From Deltaproteobacteria bacterium TL4 (GTDB lineage Bacteria > SAR324 > NAC60-12): a stretch of 12,052 nucleotides of DNA. The notes under the pieces are model-generated. The model worked only from the letters and a program-made list of their open reading frames with translations, made no database searches and was not told the DNA's origin. Where the stretch lies: contig JBBCAX010000105.1 in the NCBI GenBank assembly GCA_051382335.1, forward strand, positions 1 to 12,052, given 5' to 3'. Positions 8,315-12,052 of the stretch are shown here, one piece after another. The first letter of the stretch is position 1. Every line of letters begins with the position of its first letter. A program made the translations under genes and the position numbers.

Positions 8315-9988
8315 TCAATTTTCAATTTCCAACATTTCCAGAAGATCCCCTCGCCTGAACGTGGCGGAAAGCTGTTGTAATGAAATTTTTCTGCTGCCGT
8401 AGCATGTTTCCAGTGCACCTGTGAGTGTTTCCACAGCCTGATTGTGGTATTTGGCACGATTATCTTCAAAATGCTTAAGTATCTCCTGAAAATTACGATG
8501 GGAAACCTGGTCCAGTGTTGTCCCACGATCCTTTAAAAGATTATGAGCGATCAGCATGGATAAATAGTGTGACGCATAAGGAAGAAAGCTTGCTGGAGTT
8601 GATGTCGTGGGACGTTTCCTTTCGTTCTCCACGTGGCGAAAGATCAACACGGCCAGTAACGCCTGAGCCGCATTCAGATTCTTGAAAAGATCATCATACA
8701 ATTTTCCAAAGTGTTCTCTACGGCGGAATTTTGCCTGATGTGGTTTTTTCCTCCAAATAGCAAGCGCCGATTCGGCAACAGTAGAACTGGTGATCACACT
8801 GGACCCACCTCCTCCTTCTTCACGCTGCCGTTTGTATTGATATCCAAGATCAGATATGCCGATTTCCAGTTGTTTCTGGATTTCATCATTGGAACGCAAA
8901 TCACGAAGGTCTACAGGATTCTGACTGTTGGTCGCATAGGTGATATCCTGCACAAAATCCTTATGGGTCTCCGACAGTTGGTAAATACGAACCATGACAT
9001 AGGCCGATTCTCCAGCTATATTGGGTAAGCTGCCATTCAGGGTTTCCTGGATGGTTTTACAGGTCTGGCCTCCATTAACAACCTGCATGTTCTTGATCTG
9101 AACCTTGTAGTCTGATTTTTGAAAAGCGTTGTAATCAAACTTGTCACAAACCACTGTAATCCCGTTGTTGTAGAAATAGAACTTGTCTGATCTCTGGGGA
9201 TCGCAAAGCGTTTCATGGATGGCGGTGTTGACTCGATTTGTGTGAAGGCCAAGATAACGACGGAGATTTCGTTCTAAAAGTTTGTCGCCATGATCATTGA
9301 ACAGTCGTTGAATTTCCTGAGCGGATACCCGTCCGATCAGCACACGCATGTAATTCATATCCTCAACAATCGCCTGACCATTCAACGTCAGAGTCGTGTC
9401 CACTTTTTTGACTCGTTGAAGGATGTTGACAATAGAGTCATGGTTAAAATGGACAAAATCGACTTTGTCTCCAAAATCCTTTTTGGCGTCATTGATCCAG
9501 TTCTCTGCCTGTTCGGTCCAACGCTCACCGTTATTGCAAAGGATCACCCTCACATTGGGGATATAAGCGTCACGGATCAACGAACGAATCTCTTCAATTT
9601 TGGGAGCGATTTTATCGTTCAGAGTCACCTTCCTGAATGGATCAAACAGCACGCTCACCGTATCCACGGCTTTCTGCACGCCGTTCTCAGGAAAGTTGGC
9701 TGTCCCTTCAAGGTCGTTGATTTTATATTTTCCCTGAAAGATGGTGACCATAAACTCTCCATCCTCTACCTCTCCGATATGCAATCCATCCACTCCAGCG
9801 TCATTACCACCTTCCGTAATCAGTTCGGCAGATTCATCCATGAGTATCTCAAGACAAGTAGACATACATAAAAGGACAAATGCCGTGGATTTCTTTTTGT
9901 TCACGTCATTTCCAGCAGGCAGCCATTCAGGATGATCTTCCACAATTCCTGTAACCCGCTGGTCTATAATGCTCGCATTGATATTCAT
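8315..9988 (-). CDS. AIPR family protein (abortive infection phage resistance), 557 aa
   Basis: Family motifs NLRRYLG, FYFYNNGITVVC, QVVNGGQT and TNSQNPV…DLRSND. The N-terminal DAGVDG…FQGKY is a nuclease-like motif. Confidence 0.9.
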   Translation of the reverse strand: MNINASIIDQRVTGIVEDHPEWLPAGNDVNKKKSTAFVLLCMSTCLEILMDESAELITEGGNDAGVDGLHIGEVEDGEFMVTIFQGKYKINDLEGTANFPENGVQKAVDTVSVLFDPFRKVTLNDKIAPKIEEIRSLIRDAYIPNVRVILCNNGERWTEQAENWINDAKKDFGDKVDFVHFNHDSIVNILQRVKKVDTTLTLNGQAIVEDMNYMRVLIGRVSAQEIQRLFNDHGDKLLERNLRRYLGLHTNRVNTAIHETLCDPQRSDKFYFYNNGITVVCDKFDYNAFQKSDYKVQIKNMQVVNGGQTCKTIQETLNGSLPNIAGESAYVMVRIYQLSETHKDFVQDITYATNSQNPVDLRDLRSNDEIQKQLEIGISDLGYQYKRQREEGGGGSSVITSSTVAESALAIWRKKPHQAKFRRREHFGKLYDDLFKNLNAAQALLAVLIFRHVENERKRPTTSTPASFLPYASHYLSMLIAHNLLKDRGTTLDQVSHRNFQEILKHFEDNRAKYHNQAVETLTGALETCYGSRKISLQQLSATFRRGDLLEMLEIEN

Positions 9989-9998
9989 AATTTTATCT

Positions 9999-10063
9999 TC
10001 AGAAATGTCTTTCCATCAGTTCATGAATCTTTGTTTGAAAGTAACGAAAACTGGGGGATGCAT
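9999..10063 (-). pseudogene. Deletion scar of the ATPase's partner gene (DUF4276-like)
   Basis: ATGCAT lies 5 nt after the ATPase stop and is joined, in another frame, to ASPSFRYFQTKIHELMERHF*. This resembles the SPSF C-terminus of DUF4276-type proteins that usually follow such ATPases. Confidence 0.55.
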
Positions 10064-10068
10064 GATTA

Positions 10069-11361
10069 TTACCTCGCATCCAGATAATCGCTGTACCAAA
10101 GCCCGCCCAAAGGCAATCCTTCGGCTACCATGTTTTTGACAATGGCATCATCACTTGATCTGCGTATCGTTGAAAAACCGTCTGCACCTTTTTCAAGGAC
10201 CCAAACTTCGTTGGGCTCCAGCGCGTCCACAAAATAGGGTTGATGGGTCGTAATGAAAACCTGAGATCCTCCTTTGCGGCCAGTCGCATGCTCACGAAAT
10301 TCTGTGGCCAGAGATTCGAGCAGCTTATGGTACAAGCCGTTTTCCGGTTCTTCAATGCAGAGGAACGGTGGTGAGGTTGGGTCTTCCAGTAACAGAAGAT
10401 AAGCAAAGACCTTGAGTGTTCCATCAGACATTTGTTGTGCGAAAAACTGGTCCTGAAAGCCTCTGTCGTTGAACCTGAGTAGCAATCGACCATCGTTGGT
10501 TTTTTCAGTGTCAATTTTGTCTACTCCTGGAATCTTGTCAGCAATTCTGTTCAAAATAGCATGGAAACGCTTGGGGTGCTCACGCTCCATAAATTGCACG
10601 ACATTGCCAAGATTATCGCCGTGTATATTGAGATGTTTCTGTGGGCCTGCAAGCGGTAGACTACGTGCGGAATCTGGAGTGAAATAGCTGAGGTACCAAC
10701 CTTCGATAAACCTACGAAACGCTGAAATTCTCGGATGCTGTTTCAATGCTCCCAATGTGGCAATTCCTAATTTGCGTTTGTCCTCAAGTTCTACCACCTC
10801 GGTTGTCCTGGATTCTTCTTTTGTCTCGTCTGATTTAAGGGATTCCATCAGATCCAGCAGGTCAAAATTTCCCTTACCTTCATCAATCTGACGACCTTCC
10901 TGTTCACCTTTCCAAACAATACCTTTACCGCTATTCAGAACTAAAAAGGAAAAAGGCCAACCAGGTTTTTGACCTTTACGTCGCTGTCTGAGTCGCTCTT
11001 TCAGAACTTGCGGTCTCCCTGAATCATCAAGATCAATTGACAGTTCGTAGGTAATTGGGCGAGCATTACCATCTTCCTTATAATACACCTCAAACCCAAT
11101 GGGACCGCTTTGCCCCTGAGATAATAATTTGGCGAAACCACCTCGCCCTCTAGCATCACAGGCTTCCTCGACTCCTAACTTTAGGCAATCCGCCAAGAAA
11201 CCAAAAGCATCAAACAAAGTGCTTTTATCAACTCCATTTTTACCAATGACTGCGGTCATGGGTGTAAGTGGTTCGGTTTGTTGCTGGTTCCACAAACGAC
11301 CAAGTGTGATATTTTTCAATGCTCTGAAGTTCTGTATTCTGAAGCCTTCTATCTTTGCCAT
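10069..11361 (-). CDS. ABC-type (AAA_21/AAA_15) ATPase, 430 aa, with degenerate Walker A
   Basis: The true start is MAKIEGFRIQNFRAL at ATG 11361, with AGGAGG upstream and a TAATG overlap with the native methylase stop. Walker A GKNGVDKST, signature MSDGT, Walker B LCIEEPENGL, H-loop TTHQP. Confidence 0.88.
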   Translation of the reverse strand: MAKIEGFRIQNFRALKNITLGRLWNQQQTEPLTPMTAVIGKNGVDKSTLFDAFGFLADCLKLGVEEACDARGRGGFAKLLSQGQSGPIGFEVYYKEDGNARPITYELSIDLDDSGRPQVLKERLRQRRKGQKPGWPFSFLVLNSGKGIVWKGEQEGRQIDEGKGNFDLLDLMESLKSDETKEESRTTEVVELEDKRKLGIATLGALKQHPRISAFRRFIEGWYLSYFTPDSARSLPLAGPQKHLNIHGDNLGNVVQFMEREHPKRFHAILNRIADKIPGVDKIDTEKTNDGRLLLRFNDRGFQDQFFAQQMSDGTLKVFAYLLLLEDPTSPPFLCIEEPENGLYHKLLESLATEFREHATGRKGGSQVFITTHQPYFVDALEPNEVWVLEKGADGFSTIRRSSDDAIVKNMVAEGLPLGGLWYSDYLDAR

Positions 11362-11396
11362 TATACACCTCCTGATCGTGTCACAGCCTGGTCGTA

Positions 11397-11495
11397 TAGA
11401 TGTCCAGAAAAGTTTTGTCTCGGGGGGAGGGCGTCCCGCCCTCCAGTGAGGGCAAGATGCCCTCGTTCCCAGGACAAAACTTTCCTTGAGCACTA
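11397..11495. mobile_element. 99-bp MITE with 23-bp imperfect TIRs and TA duplication (IS630/Tc1-like ends)
   Basis: TAGATGTCCAGAAAAGTTTTGTC (11397-11419) matches the reverse complement of 11473-11495, TAGTGCTCAAGGAAAGTTTTGTC, at 18/23. TA flanks both sides (11395-96, 11496-97). Excision restores TGG TAC GAC CAG GCT (WYDQA). Confidence 0.9.
11420..11472. repeat. Doublet of GC-rich REP-like hairpins inside the 99-bp MITE
   Basis: GAGGGCG-TCC-CGCCCTC and GAGGGCA-AGA-TGCCCTC, with tails TCGGGGG and GTTCCCAG. Confidence 0.7.
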
Positions 11496-11640
11496 TACCA
11501 CATAAGCAGTTTGGGGTCTCCCTGAAACACGTCGTCAGGGACTTTACGGGCCACCTCAATGATGGTGCTATAATCTTTTTCCTGCCAGGCTTTCTTGAAT
11601 CCTGCCCGTACCGCTTCCAGCCGGAAGAGTTTGAGCTTTC

Positions 11641-11662
11641 GCAGGCTGGAAGCCTGCTCCAC
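11641..11662 (-). repeat. Single REP-like hairpin embedded in frame in the methylase
   Basis: GTGGA-GCAGGCT-TCC-AGCCTGC, a 7-bp stem with a 3-nt loop, translated as VEQASSL. Confidence 0.5.
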
Positions 11663-11926
11663 ATAGTTTTCAAACTCCTTCAACAACGCCCGTTCGCGGA
11701 GTTTTTCCAGGTCGCCCGCCTTGTTGGGATCAGGAACATACCAGCGATTCCTGGTTTTGGCTTGGAGGGTGGGATCCTCTTTAGAAAGGTTGCGGAGTTC
11801 AGGCCAGTTGGTCGAAAGATAACTGTGAATTTGGCTGGGTACAGGTCCCTTGCCGTCATAGCTGAGAAAATTTTGGTGGAGCAACTCACGGAGATCCAGT
11901 TGAGCCTCGTTCTTGCTCTACCCTCC

Positions 11927-12052
11927 TAGTACCCTGTCCCATAAGTTTCGCTAGTAAAAACGGCAATTCATGATTTTTTGATTGGCTGTGGGAGTTTATC
12001 AACCAGAGCCTTTTTTAATTCATCTAATGCTGACTGCGCGTTCTCTTTACGT
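11927..12052 (-). mobile_element. Probable end of an unclassified IS inserted at CTAG, truncating the methylase
   Basis: Methylase similarity stops at CTAG 11926-11929, followed by TACCCTGTCCCATAAG. An unrelated minus-strand frame RKENAQSALDELKKALVDKLPQPIKKS* ends at 11968, ~40 nt from the junction. The other end is not visible. Confidence 0.45.

Larger units (their letters stand above)
11361..11928 (-). pseudogene. pglXI: 3' fragment of a PglXI-like DNA methyltransferase (type 3 BREX)
   Basis: Reads LGG*SKNEAQLDLRELLHQNF…WYVPDPNKAGDLEKLRERALLKEF…RLEAVRAGFKKAWQEKDY…KLLMW[MITE]YDQAVTRSGGV*. An in-frame TAG lies at 11918-11920. No catalytic motifs are in the window, so the call is from remembered similarity of this C-terminus plus linkage with the helicase. 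Confidence 0.7.

Noticed and set aside
8254..8526. 90-aa minus-strand ORF, or a gene remnant ELIPLFQDNDHLIESLEQQ* after AIPR
   Set aside because: It is mostly an alternative frame of AIPR. The tail could be a deletion scar but has no recognisable motif.
11362..11673. N-terminal 104-aa extension of ORF 10069..11673
   Set aside because: It overlaps the methylase frame and the MITE. The ATPase fold and an AGGAGG RBS point to ATG 11361.
950..11929. Plus-strand ORFs of 60-193 aa opposite the main genes (e.g. 1295..1600, 9290..9871, 11486..11929)
   Set aside because: They are antisense shadows of well-supported minus-strand genes, with no motifs of their own.

Overview
Mostly a minus-strand defence island. 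The flanking genes look like the pglXI methylase (3' end) and brxHII SNF2 helicase of a type 3 BREX locus, recognised from remembered family motifs. Both are ruined by nonsense codons, a frameshift (helicase), MITEs and IS insertions. Cargo lies between them: an ABC/AAA_21 ATPase with a mutated Walker A and an almost fully deleted partner gene, an intact AIPR gene, and an intact, AT-rich, translationally coupled pair of STAND-like ATPases. One is a 1476-aa Sm-like/TPR/cold-shock/TPR/Ig-like/ATPase protein. The other is a ~491-aa ATPase with a C-terminal HEPN (RxxxxH) domain. This pair is the best candidate for an undescribed sensor-effector anti-phage system. Two different MITEs, both with target duplications, each carry a REP-like hairpin doublet. 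The left end holds nested ISAs1/IS630 remnants fused to an internal fragment of hslU.
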